NCBI RefSeq assembly: GCF_006345805.1
Contig: NC_042997.1
Coordinates: forward strand, 168,392,001 to 168,456,000
Reading direction: 5' to 3'
DNA length: 64,000 nt
From: Octopus sinensis
Lineage: Eukaryota
The notes beneath the pieces were generated by a model. That model saw only the letters and a program-made list of their open reading frames with translations, did no database searches and was not told the origin of the DNA. Position numbers and translations under genes: made by a program. Of the stretch, positions 26,801 through 38,689 are shown piece by piece (positions within the stretch are counted from its first letter, which is position 1; the number at the start of each line of letters is the position of its first letter).

Positions 26801-29800
26801 CTGTGGCTGGTGCAAAGTCCCCTCTCGACCTAGAATAACGTGGTGGTGGAACAATATTGTAGACAGGGCTATTAGAGAAAAGAGACAGGCTTGGAAGGTC
26901 TGGAAAAATGGGGGTAGCAGGGGATTGTATCAGACTGCCAAAAGAGAAGCTAGGAGACAGGTTTATTTAGCCAGAGGGGAAGCAGATAAGAAAAAATTTG
27001 CCAATGTTCTGCGCCGTGAGGACCAAAGACTGGAGGTGTTTCATGTTGCAAGACAGTGTGTGAGAGAGAATCGTGATGTGGTAGGAGAGAAGTGTATTCG
27101 CATGGAAGATGGTTCACTTGCGCTAAATGAGGATGCAAAGAGAGAGGTTTGGAGATGCCACTATGAAAGGTTGCTGAATGAAGAAAATGAATGGGATAAA
27201 GAGAGTCTGCCGAATGTTGACCCAACAGAGGGACCAGCTATCCGAGTTGATAGTTCCGTGGTAGCTAAGGCAATTAGAAGCATGAAGACAGGGAAAGCCC
27301 CAGGCCCATCAGGAATCACTGCAGAGATGCTCAAAATGTCTGGTAGTGTCGGCTATAGCCTAGTCACCCGTATAGTTAATCAGGTGATACACAAAGGGGT
27401 CATACCCAATGACTGGTGTAGCAGTATAATAGTCAACTGCTACAAAGGTAAAGGTGATGCCCTAGATACAAATAACTACAGAGGTATCAAGCTGTTGGAC
27501 CAAGTGATGAAGGTTACGGAGAGGGTCATAGCCCAACTAATTAGAGAGAGAGTTAGTTTAGATGAGATGCAGTTTGGGTTTGTGCCAGGGAAAAGTACTA
27601 CTGATGCTATATTCCTGGTAAGGCAGCTGCAGGAGAAATACCTAGCCAAAGATAAGCCCCTGTACCTGGCTTTTGTTGACATGGAGAAAGCCTTCGACAG
27701 GGTCCCCCGATCCCTTATCTGGTGGGCAATGAGGAAACTAGGGATAGATGAATGGTTAGTGAGAGCTGTGCAGGCCATGTACAGGGACGCGCTAGTAGGG
27801 TGAGGGTTGGAAATGTGTACAGTGAAGAATTCCGGGTAGAGGTAGGAGTCCACCAAGGCTCAGTACTCAGCCCCCTCCTATTTATCATAGTCCTCCAGGC
27901 AATAACGGAGGAATTCAAGACAGGATGCCCTTGGGAGCTCCTCTATGCTGATGACCTTGCTCTAATTGCTGAGTTGCTATCAGAACTGGAGGAGAAGTTT
28001 CAGGTGTGGAAACAAGGATTAGAATCGAAGGGCCTCAGAGTCAATCTAGCTAAAACCAAAGTCGTAATCAGTAGGAAGGTAGACAAATCACAAACACCTT
28101 CAGGTAGATGGCCCTGCTCGATCTGTAGAAAAGGTGTAGGTAGAAACTCTATAAGATGCACCAAGTGTAAGCTATGGACACATAAGAGATGCAGCAATGT
28201 CAAAGGAAGGCTAACTAGGAAGATGGTTTTTGTATGTGGCAGATGCTCAGGAACAATAAACACTGAAAATGCTCTGAGACCAACTTCCGTCACTTTCCAG
28301 GGAGAAAAACTAGAAATAGTTGATAGTTTCCGTTACCTAGGTGACCAAGTCAGCAGCGGGGGCGGGTGTGCTGAAAGTGTAACTGCTAGAGTAAGAATAG
28401 CTTGGGCAAAGTCCAGAGAGCTCTTACCTCTACTGGTGACAAAAGGCCTCTCGCACAGAGTGAAAGGCAGACTGTATGATGCGTGTGTACGAACAGCCAT
28501 GCTACATGGCAGTGAAACATGGGCCGTGACTGCTGAGGATATGCGTTAGCTCGCTAGAAATGAAGCCAGTATGCTCCGATGGATGTGTAATGCCGGTACT
28601 CACACTCGGCAGAGTGTAAGTACCTTGAGAGAAAAGCTGGACCTAAGAAGCATCAGTTGTGGTGTGCAAGAGAGACGTTTGCGCTGGTATGGTCATGTGG
28701 CGAGAATGGATGAAGATAGTTGTGTGAAAAAGTGCCACACCCTAGCGGTTGAGGGAACCTGTGGAAGAGGCAGACCCAGGAAAACCTGGGACGAGGTGGT
28801 GAAGCACGACCTTCGAACTTTAGGTCTCACTGAGGAAATGACTAGAGACCGAGACCTCTGGAAGTGTGCTGTGCGCGAGAAGACCCGGCAGGACAAGTGA
28901 GTCCATAACCCGTGGCCTTCTACATGGGATGGAGCCAGCCTACGTATGCATACCTTCCCTTCTTGGGACACAAAACTCTACTTGTGAAGACGTGATGAGG
29001 CAAGTGAGGATCAGAATCGAAATCGATCAATGGAAATTGCGGATGTGCTACCAGTGCCGGTGGCATGTCAAAACTCTGCTTGTGAAGACCCGTTGAGGCA
29101 AGTGACGATCAGAATCGAAATCGATCAATGGAAATCGATCAATGGAAATTGCAGATGTGTTACCAGTGCCGGTGGCATGTAAGAGAACTTTCCGTTTCGC
29201 GACTGTTGCCAGCACCGCCCCGTTTCGTGTCCGTTGCCAGCCTCGCCTGGCCCTCGTGCCGGTGGCACATAAAAAGCACCATCCGTTCGTGGCCATTTGC
29301 CAGCTCTGTCTGGCACCAGTGCGGGTGGCACGTAAAAAGCACCCACTACACTCACGGAGTGGTTGGCGTTAGGAAGGGCATCCAGCCGTAGAAACACTGC
29401 CAGATTTGACTGGGCCTGATGAAGCCTTCTGGCTTCACAGACCCCAGTAGAACCGTCCAACCCATGCTAGCATGGAAAACGGACGCTAAACGATGATGAT
29501 GATGATGATTATTATTCTTTTACAATTGTTTTTGTTCATTTTGCATTTGTAGTTGTGTGAGGATTTAACAAGAAGTTTCAGTAAAGAAGGATGGCTCAGT
29601 AAGAAAGGACCCAGAGATGAACCATTCAGAAAACGGTGGTTTACATTTGATCGTAGAAAATTGATGTATTTTGAAGAACCTTTGGTAAGTAATTCATTTA
29701 ATTTGATTCCTGTGTAATAACTGGATGTTAGTTAAGAAATTGAAAATTTTCAGAGGCATTGAACTGGCAGAATGGTTTGAACATCAGATAGAATATTTCA

Positions 29801-32517
29801 TATTTGTTGCAGCCCTCAGTACTCTGAGTTTAAATTCTGTCAAGATCAGCTTTGCATTTCATTCTTTCGGGTTTGATAAAAAACAATACTAATTCAGTGC
29901 AATGAATTGGTAAAACTGTAAGAAAATTGGACTGGATACCTTATTATATATGTTCATTTTGCTTGAGATCTGAGTTCAAATTCTACCATGTTCTGCTTCA
30001 ATGATAGACTTACTCCATGATCCATTTTGACACCACCACCTGACACCTTGGGTGTCTTTAGTGGAATCCATTCTGTTGCAAGTATTTGGGCCAAGTTTTC
30101 AGTTTGGGGATAGTTTCTTCCACCAGTCTCAGAGACCTTGGAAAGGATCACGGGTACTGACTTCTCTCTTGACTTAGAAACGAAGAAGGAAAGAAAACAT
30201 TAGGTCTAATATAGTAAAATAGTGAAGAAGATAAGGTATTGGATGACTGTGTCATAGGTTATGAGTTTTCATGAAATCACAATAATCCCAGTTTGTCTCA
30301 AAGTAAGATACTTAAATCCATTGTCTTTGGCTTCATTTTATTTTGTTGGAGAATAACTTCTGATGAAACTTACCTACTCATGATGGATACATATGAGGTC
30401 CAGAAAGGAAATTTGTCTTATTTGCTTGCTATTACAGAAACTCTTCAAGATTAGTATACTCAAATTTGTAGTTATGTACTTTAAAAATATATATCATTTA
30501 ACCAAAAAATTGTTTATTAGTTTGAAAAAATGTTATCTTGAATTTTTCTTTCAGAATGCTTTTGCTAAAGGAGAAATATTTATTGGCCATAAAGACAATT
30601 GCTATTCCATTGTGGAAGGAATACCTGCTGATGGTCGAACTGCACCTGGTTATGGCTTTACACTTCACACACCTGACAGAGACTTTTATTTGAGTGCTGA
30701 CTCTAAAGGTGAAATGGAAGAGTGGATACATGAATTGACTAAAGTTACCTTGACCCCGTTAACACCCCAAGATAATAAAAGTAAGTAAAGTTTTTAGTTC
30801 ATAATTTTATATTGTTTCTCCTTCTGTACTTTGTGGTAAGTACATATAAAGCTTCTAGTTTTATATAACAGTAGACTTGCAGAAAAATATCAGATTCTTT
30901 GGTCCAGTTCCTCTAAGTTAGTAATTAAACTTTTGGTTATGTAGTCTTTTGTCATAATGATTACAGATACAAATATGATGCTATTACTATTTGCAGATTT
31001 TATATTAGTTACTTTAGAATATTTATTTGTTGTTAACTTCATCATTATTAGCATCATCAACATTTTAATTGTGTCTTTCTATAATAGCATATTTCCTTTG
31101 GAGTTGTTGGCCCTTATGCAGCATTATGTACCTATACTAGCTCAGCCTTCTTTGTGTGTGTTTTTTAAAACACAGATATGCACACATGAACAATTTCAGT
31201 ATATGTGTTAGTACTGATGAAAGGACAATACTCCTTGAAATATGCATATACACCCATATATATGCATGGCTGCAACTTTAAAGTTGTAACAAGTTAAAGA
31301 ATATATTTAATGATGAAATAGAAAAACTTATCTTGCTTAGTCATTGAAAGAAGCCTAAACCCTATACATGTATAGATGTTTGATTTGTTAGAAAACAAGG
31401 CAAACCTCCCACATACCATACCTGAATGATTTTGGGTTTTTAAATATCCAATACTGGGCTGACCAATACTTTGTGAGTGCATTTGATAGGCAGAAATTGT
31501 GTGGAAGCCCAAAGCCCATCGTATATAAAATTCGTCAATTTATAACAATGAACGCTATATTTTCCTTCATTTTAAGTGTTTGTTTTTTTAAAATATTTTT
31601 CAAACGTTGTGTGTTGGTTTGCCAAAAGGGACTGATAGAATAAGTATCAGACATAAATAAAAAAGAATAAGCACTAGGGCCAATTTGTTGGACTACACCC
31701 TTTGTGGTTGGACTCCAGTGACTGAAATAAGTAAAAGGTGAAAGATATAATTTGTCTTAAATATACTACATCTGAATAAGCAAGACACTTGTTTCTGTCT
31801 GTCTGTCTCTCTCTGTCACTCACTATAAGCTTTCATCATCTGACACAAGATCACCTCCTTCAATGCCCCCTCCCCTCTCAAAGGATCTTTGTCTTGCAAG
31901 TTATTTAGGGACCCTGCCAGTGCTGATGATGCAACGTAAAAGCATCCATTCCACACTGTAAATTAATTGGCATTTGAAAGGGCATCAAGCTGTGAAAACC
32001 TTGCTAAAATTGATCTCACCTTTGCTTGTGTCATGTAAAATGCACTCAATACACTCTGCTAGGTTGGTGTTAGGAAAGGCATCCAGCTCTAAAAACTCTG
32101 CCAAAACAGACACAGAAGTCTGGTGCAGGCTCCTGCCTGACCAGCTCTGGTCAATGTTCACCTTTCATGCTAGCATGCTACCCTATGAAAACAAACACAG
32201 AAGTCTGGTGCAGGCTCCTACCTGGCCAGCTCTGGTCAAACCATCTAGCATGAAAGATGGACATTAAATGATGATGATGAGTTTAAGATGGGTTAGTCAT
32301 GAGTGGAACTTTTATTGTAGGTCTGCTTGACCAGAACTGACACAGAGCTTCACAACAATTTGTTCATATTAATATACATTTTTCATAATTTTTATAAGTA
32401 ACTGAACCTGTTAAATATAACTAATTAATTATATTTATTATAATTTGTCTTTCCTTAGTTGCTGCCTCGATGGTCAACAAAAGGCCTACAACTATTTACC
32501 AAATGATGAAAAGATGA
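14715..32517 (+). CDS. ADAP1: ArfGAP with dual PH domains (centaurin-alpha)-like gene, 5'-partial; join(14715..14806,18970..19165,19704..19850,22415..22498,29553..29684,30555..30780,32459..32517)
   Basis: Seven exons with AG/GT boundaries and compatible phases total 936 nt (311 aa + stop). The peptide aligns by eye to ADAP1: end of ArfGAP (EWIYAKY), PH1 (KEGILMKRGKENQKFKPRRF) and PH2 (KEGWLSKKGP..FRKRWF). Exon lengths 92/196/147/84/132/226 resemble the recalled vertebrate ADAP1 structure. Exons for the CxxC zinc finger were not found in 1-14714. Confidence 0.93.
15190..15700 (+). mobile_element. Degraded RTE endonuclease remnant
   Basis: Remnant LDIAALSE and FTFFWS motifs with many stops. 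Confidence 0.5.
17700..18130 (+). mobile_element. Degraded L2/Crack-like LINE 3' remnant
   Basis: Remnant resembling LYKAQVR..MEY..HIWDG; heavily mutated. Confidence 0.4.
18970..19165 (+). CDS. ADAP1: ADAP1-like exon (VLKTEWIYAKYKRFEF...LLKYFNKEN)
   Basis: Polypyrimidine tract + cccag acceptor, gtgagt donor, 196 nt; WI.AKY motif and start of PH1. Confidence 0.95.
19704..19850 (+). CDS. ADAP1: ADAP1-like exon (ASRPKAEINLDSLNAVFVPEKIGQLNGLQITY...YHQDSK)
   Basis: tttcag / gtatta, 147 nt, PH1 core. Confidence 0.95.
20229..20665 (+). repeat. RTE 3'-tail copy with 5 VNTR units
   Basis: gtg(t/c)cggtg(g/a)cacgtaaaagcacc repeated about every 61 nt, then the shared tail and (GAT)n. Confidence 0.9.
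22415..22498 (+). CDS. ADAP1: ADAP1-like exon (EIVDWYQSIRALKLERRKIAFPDKNVSE)
   Basis: tttcag / gtaaga, 84 nt; matches EIVDWFNALRAARF..AFP. Confidence 0.95.
23351..23689 (-). mobile_element. tRNA-derived SINE, family C
   Basis: A-box tggctcagtgg, B-box gagtttgaatcc, then gttgtgttcttgagcaagacactttatttcacgttgctccag. Confidence 0.82.
25500..29509 (+). mobile_element. Near-full-length RTE-clade LINE retrotransposon (AP endonuclease + RT + PHD-like finger), 3' UTR VNTR and (GAT)n tail
   Basis: ORF 25794-27803 (GTLNVGTL, QE.RW, AYAPQ, GDFNGH, SQIDY; RT motif DMEKAFDRV) continues in another frame 27790-28549 (QGSVLSPLLF, LLYADDL) and 28550-28900. The tail ccaacccatgctagcatgg...(gat)n ends at 29509. 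The 5' boundary is approximate and no TSD was identified. Confidence 0.95.
25794..28900 (+). pseudogene. RTE ORF (endonuclease-reverse transcriptase) disabled by a 1-nt deletion near 27790 and a TAG at 28547-28549
   Basis: The three ORF-track segments join into one colinear protein when those two lesions are repaired. Confidence 0.9.
29553..29684 (+). CDS. ADAP1: ADAP1-like exon (LCEDLTRSFSKEGWLSKKGPRDEPFRKRWFTFDRRKLMYFEEPL)
   Basis: ttgtag / gtaagt, 132 nt, PH2 N-terminal half. Confidence 0.95.
30555..30780 (+). CDS. ADAP1: ADAP1-like exon (NAFAKGEIFIG...TPLTPQDNK)
   Basis: tttcag / gtaagt, 226 nt, PH2 C-terminal half. Confidence 0.95.
32459..32517 (+). CDS. ADAP1: Probable ADAP1-like terminal coding exon (IAASMVNKRPTTIYQMMKR*)
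   Basis: ttgtctttccttag acceptor; phase matches the phase-1 donor at 30780; TGA at 32515-32517. Short and weakly conserved, so less certain. Confidence 0.7.
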
Positions 32518-35507
32518 AATTGAAATGTCTAGGAAATGCCAAACATTTTCCTGTACCAAAATCTTCAAAACAATCTGCCTTGCTATTGATTTTGAGAGGA
32601 CTGACTAAATTACTGCTGCTACTTCTACTACTACTTCTACTACTACTACTACTACTATTCCAAAATATTGATCATCTTCGTTGTTGTCATTGTCACTGTC
32701 ATCATATTGTACCAGAAATACCAGAGCATAGTTTTGGAGGAATGATACTTCTTATTCATCTTGGTATCACTTAGATTAAATATGGAGCCTTATTGTTAAC
32801 CATTTCAGGCACCTAAAAGGGCTCATCTGATTATAAAATTTAAAATCAAAATTAATACAACAGCAACAAGACTTAAAATGATAATAAATAATTGTTGCAT
32901 TCTTCAAAATATATTCCTTCCTTGAAACTGAACATATTTAATATCATATGAAACGTTGAGCCAGAATATAAATAGGCAATCATATACATACATATATATT
33001 TATACTTAATTTCTGTAGTCAATCTCTGTTACAATATCTTTGAATTGTTCCAGTTGTATTGTTTCTGGTTGTTTTTTCTTGCTGATCTAAAATTATTGGT
33101 TCCAAAGAAGTCATTCTCATGTCTTTTTTCTTCCCCTTTGGTAGTTATTTGGTTTGTCTCCTCTTCAAACTTTAGCAATAAAAGTAAAGATTATTTTTTA
33201 ATTAATAACATTTACAGTGCACTCTTGATTGACTTTTGTTAGTATTTTAGAAACTGGTGTGTTTCTAATAAGACTGACTGGAAACTGTTGCTTGTTGTTG
33301 CTCTAGTTGGAGCCAAAGTAAGAGTTGTTGGAAGGTATCATCTTGTGATATTTTTAATTTGGTCTATTACATTCCTAATTTTTCTTTTTTAATGAAAATG
33401 TTTTACTATTGTAGCAACTGTAAAATCTTTATTTTTTAAACAGATGTGTATTTTATTTACATGTTTCAACAAGCCTTTTAAAATGTCAACTTTTCCATTA
33501 TTCATTAGTAATCTTTGTTCATCTTGTATATATTGTTCATCTGATAACACTGAAGAAATAGCCATTTGTTCTATGGATGTGAACATTGTCATAAATCTAG
33601 GTTGTTATAACTTGCCCTATTAGACCTCTTTCATATACTAAGCCTTACATTGCAAGAGTTGTGAACCAGTATTAAACAAATTAAATATCCCTACAAGTGT
33701 TTAATTTGTATTCAGACATACTGTTTAGTTTTGGATGCTATGTTGTGACTATGGGCTGGAAAGTTAGTGAGTAGCCATGGTTTATATTGAATGTTGTTTG
33801 GTAAAGATACAAATAAAATTAACCTCTTGAATATTCTATGAGTAAAGCTTGATCAACAGTTTTGTATAATGTAAAGTATTTAGAATATATTTTCTTAAAC
33901 TGGAATCCATTATTTTTTTTAATAGGACAATTTCTGAAAATAAATGAAATATTGTCAAATATTGGATATTATATAATTTTTGTTGAATATTAATATCAAA
34001 ATTAATCCAATTAGAAATTATAAATAACCGCAAAAAGAAAAGTGAAATACTTTTTGTATCTGAATGCCTTGTTGTATGTAAATTGGTATCTTCAAATCTA
34101 TTGAGCTGAAATAATGTAAGGTCAGTTTGGTAAGTTACAATATATTAAAGTAACATACATCTACAGTCAATGTTGTGATTACTTATTTACAATTGACCAA
34201 TTTACTCTTCTTTATTACTATAAATGACAGACAATCAGATTGAGAAAAATGACTTAAATATTTCTGACTTCACAAAGGTAAAAACTCTGTGCAAATCAAC
34301 TTTAATTGTGGTTTTTAAGCCAAGATTAATATGAATCTTAATGCCACTATAAAACACTATAGATTTATTCTTTCATTTAGATAATGCTTTTATGAAAAAG
34401 AATTGACATATATATCTTTTTGAATCAAAACTTAAGATTTTCTTCTATTCTATTTGATCCCGAGTGTAACTTTTTATTGAAAGAAAGTGTCTTTCATATC
34501 TATCAACTTAATATGCTTATGTACTAATTATGACATACTTGAAGTTTGTATATAAGTATATAAAAATATAATGGGTAAGAAGATAAAAAATAATCCCTTT
34601 CAAAATTTAAATATGATTTTAATAAATTAGATTAATTTATTTTTGAGAAGCTGTCTGTTAATAAGTTGATAAACTTTGACTAATATTATCCTCTACTTTT
34701 TACCAATATGAGCACCACTTGGCTGAAATTGACAGCTGATTTATTTATATTAAAATCTTAAAGATTAATACTGTTCTTGTTAATGGAATGCCATTCTACA
34801 ATTATACTGTTTCAGTACTTGAGTATCTAATAGATTTATTTTAAAACATAGATCGTGGATTATAAATATTTGAGTAAAACACCAAGAAATGGCTTATGGA
34901 AGTTTTTTTTTTTTTTTTTTTTGCCCCCATTTCATTTATCTAATTTACAAATGGTTTAATATACCAAAGATTACTGTAGTAAATTTATATTTTTACAGCT
35001 TCATGGTTCAGTTATATCAGCTCCATTATTATCAGAAAATATTTGAAATTGTTTTGTTTTTATTTATTTCTAGTTAATCTGTTTTCATAAAATATTTTGA
35101 TAACTAAAGATCAAGTATAATTTTTTTTGTAACTAGGGTATTTTCTCTAGTGAAAATTCAGTAAAAGAATAATTTCGTGTTTCCTCTGCATATCTTGTCA
35201 AAGAAGCAAGTTATTTGCTGAGTATTTTATTAGTGATCATACCTTATTCTTAGATAAATCTATTTGATGAAAATTATAATTACATTGGTGTATTATTTAA
35301 TCCTGTCTTAAGATTTCAGATTTTCTTTAATTAATATTTTGATTTTTATATGGCAAACTCAAATGAAAGATTTTTTTTTTATATTTCTTTTCATTCCAGA
35401 ACTTCACCAGTATGTATTAACTTGCAAACTATTGACTAAATAAAATCATATTCTGAACATTATTTGTTATCATGTCTGTCCTTTTCAATTTAAACTACAT
35501 TTTATAT

Positions 35508-35945
35508 CATCATCATCATCATCATCATTTAACATTCGCTCTCCATGCTAGCATGGGTTGGACGGTTCAACTGGGGTCTGGGGAGCCCGAAGGCTGCACC
35601 AGGCCAGTCAGACCTAGCAGTGTTTCTACAGCTGGATGCCCTTCCTAACGCCAACCACTCCGAGAGTGTAGTGGGTGATTTTATGTGCCACCGACACAGG
35701 TGCCAGACGAGGCTGGCAAACGGCCACGCTCGGATGGTGTTTTTTATGTGCCACCGACACAGGTGCCAGACGAGGCTGGCGAACGGCCACGATTGGATGG
35801 TGTTTGTTATGTGCCCACAGCACGGAGGCCAGTCGATGCGGTACTGGCTACGGCCACGTTCGGATGGATTTCTTATGTGCCACCGGCACTGGTACCACAA
35901 AGATATAAATTCCATTGATGTTCATCTATTTTGATTTGGTTTGAT
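35508..35945 (-). repeat. RTE 3'-tail copy with about 4 VNTR units
   Basis: Shared tail plus ~62-nt units. Confidence 0.88.
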
Positions 35946-36869
35946 TTAGGTATATATGTATTTGAATAATTTTATTGATATATTATTCACTATCATCATT
36001 TAACATCTCTTTTCCATGCTGGCATGGGTGGGACAGTTTGATAGGAGCTGATAAGCCCAAGGACTGCACCATACTCTACTGTCTGCTTTGGCATGGTTTC
36101 TATGGCTGGATATCCTTCCTAGTGCCAACCACTTTACAAAGAGGACTGGGTGCTTTTTATATGACACCAGATCCAGTGAAGTTGCCAAGTAACTTGCAAG
36201 ACAAAACCTCTCAACTGAAGGGGGTGTAGTATTGAGAGAAGTGGCTTTGTGCCAGTTGATAAGAGGATGTCTTGTAATAGAGGAGATACATAGCTACAAG
36301 ACCAGATGTTTATTGAAGAAGAGAGAGTTGAATAATATGATCAAAGCTATTATTTTGTGCTTATTTTGTTGACTGCGAAGAAAGGCAGTATTGTTAATAA
36401 TGGGACTTAAACTCAAGGGACAAAACTAAGTACTGTAAAATGCATATAGTACAGTTCTCCATATTACCTAAAAAGATAATATCTTAAGCCAACAAAGACA
36501 GAATTCTACACAACTACTCAACCTACTAGAAATAGCAGTCAAGTATTCATATATTTTAAAGGAAGCTGTGTGGTTTCTTTGCTATACACAACCTAAATCT
36601 CTTTGAAGCAGTTCTCTCCCCTTAAAGGGAAGAGAACTGCTTCAAAGAGATGGTGACAGCACCAGCAGTCCCCAGTCACCCCCCCCCATATATGCGTGTG
36701 TGTGTGTATATATATAAAATCATTTATTGTTCACCTTTCCATGCTTGTATAGGTTAGATGGAATTTGTCAAGGTAGATTTTCTACAAATGGATGCTCTTC
36801 TTGGTGCTACACTCCACTTGTTTTCAAGTAAGGTAATATTTTCCTATAGCTATACATGTTTTATACAGA

Positions 36870-37822
36870 ACTAGCAGTATCGCCCGGCGTTGCTCGGGTT
36901 TGTAAGGGAAATAACTATATAAGCATTTTTAGAGAGTTACTTCCCTTATAGATGCCAATTCGGGCTTTCTTAGCCATTTCTGTTTTGGTGATTTTCTTCC
37001 TCCATCTTCCCTTCTACTGGACTTTCCTCTGTTTCTGAAGATGAGTGTCTGCTCAAAACATTAAACCATCTTTTTTTTCTTCCCTGAGCATCTGTTAATA
37101 CTTTACATGTACCATGTCCTCACGTTGTTGTTCATTTTTGTGTTTGTTCTTTTTTTGCATTTACTATATATATATATATATATAACACTAGCAGTATCGC
37201 CCGGCGTTGCTCGGGTTTGTAAGGGAAATAACTATATAAGCATTTTTAGAGAGTTATAGCCAAAAAATAGCAAAAAATGCATTAAAAATGGAAAAAATAT
37301 GATGGTAAATTTTTTTTTAAATCGTTGACTCATCGTAGACATTTTTAGAGAGTTACTTCCCTTATATAATAGCGAAAAAATGCATTAAAATGGAAAAAAA
37401 ACGATGGTAAATTTTTTTTTAAATCGTAGACTCATGTAGACGCTTTCTTAGCCATTTCTGTTTTGGTGTCTTCAAGCCATGAAGTCGTTGTTCTAAAAGA
37501 ACACTGGTCTCCTTGACAACGCATTACGACGTTGATTTCCTTACACTCCCTTCTCCACAGGTGCAGGTGTGAGCGTGGACGCCAACTCCGCCGCCATCGA
37601 CACACGAAAAATTATGCATTAAAATGGAATAAAAAATGTTAAATTATTTTTTAAATCGTAGACTCATCGTAGACGCGCGCTAATATTCAGACGGGCTCGA
37701 TATGAATCACGACTATAAGCTACCCGAATTTGGTTAAACTGTACCGCAAAATGTGGGAGTAGTTAGGAATCTAAATCGAAGGGGACAGACACTCACACAA
37801 CTACAGTTTTATATATATAGAT
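36870..37822. mobile_element. Helitron/Helentron-associated (HINE-like) non-autonomous element with duplicated end
   Basis: actagcagtatcgcccggcgttgctcggg occurs at 36870 and 37187; internal tandem duplications; ends acagttttatatatatagat; no TIR or TSD. Confidence 0.6.
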
Positions 37823-37859
37823 ATACATAGCGCAGAGTAGTGGTGAGATATGACAGCAA

Positions 37860-38235
37860 AGAAAAGCATACATTCACTCTCTGCATGCAATTAGACTCGG
37901 AAAGTTCGTGAGGAACCCATTGACCCAATTTGCTGACTTTTCCGATAGCACACAGGTGTCAATGAATGGTTGAATGACCAAATCCAAGCTTCTCTGCTAG
38001 TTCCTCAACAGTTACGATGATATTTTGTTCCACCAGGGTTTTCAGGATGTCCTTGTTGAGTTCTACAGATCTTTCAGGATGAGGCTCGTCTTCTAGGCTG
38101 TAGTTTATGGCTTGGGATTTCTGGAACCACCATTGACACTGCCTTACGCTTATTGTCCAATCCCCATATACTGCATTAATATTTCTTGTACTTTGCACAC
38201 ATTTATATTCTGTTATTCTTTTATATGTTTCAGCC
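37860..38235 (-). mobile_element. mariner transposase N-terminal remnant
   Basis: HTH region (CQWWFQK..LEDEPH..R) followed by LGQWVPHELSE. Confidence 0.85.
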
Positions 38236-38379
38236 TTGAGGTTGTGGCCATGCTGGATCATGTGTGTGTGTGTCTATCTGTCTGTCTGTCTGTATGTATA
38301 TATGTATATGTATGTGTGTGAACAATAATATTTTCAACAGATGTGTTGCAAATGTATCTGATTGTTCTCAAGCTTCAAT

Positions 38380-38451
38380 ACTGTGTGTGTGTGTATGTGT
38401 GTGTGTGTATGTATGTATGTATGTATGTATATGTATGTATGTATGTGTGTA

Positions 38452-38488
<37 letters not shown>

Positions 38489-38512
38489 ATGTATGTATGT
38501 ATGTATGAGTGT
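38380..38512. repeat. (TG)/(ATGT) compound microsatellite
   Basis: Seen directly. Confidence 0.95.
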
Positions 38513-38689
38513 ATGTTTACTTTATTACTAATTACTCTCTTCCAAGAACATTTTCACTCACTCTTAGCTCTTAGATTCCCATACATTTTACTCATGTATC
38601 TATCAGCGTCATAGACAGAATACTTTCACTTTAGTCTTCCTCAAATCACTCTGTCGCTATTTACTTTCATTTTATTTGTTGCCCACTGT

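Noticed and set aside
33389-33592. Minus-strand ORF (..LLMNNGKVDILKGLLKH) faintly like a SNF2 helicase segment, possible third gene
   Set aside because: Poor acceptor, no linked exons found, AT-rich UTR-like context downstream of ADAP. A tBLASTn or RNA-seq check would settle it.
37035-37062. CTGAAGA-tgag..ctc-AAAAC hammerhead-like motif
   Set aside because: The essential GAAA is mutated to AAAA and the stems are incomplete; likely a dead Penelope LTR remnant.
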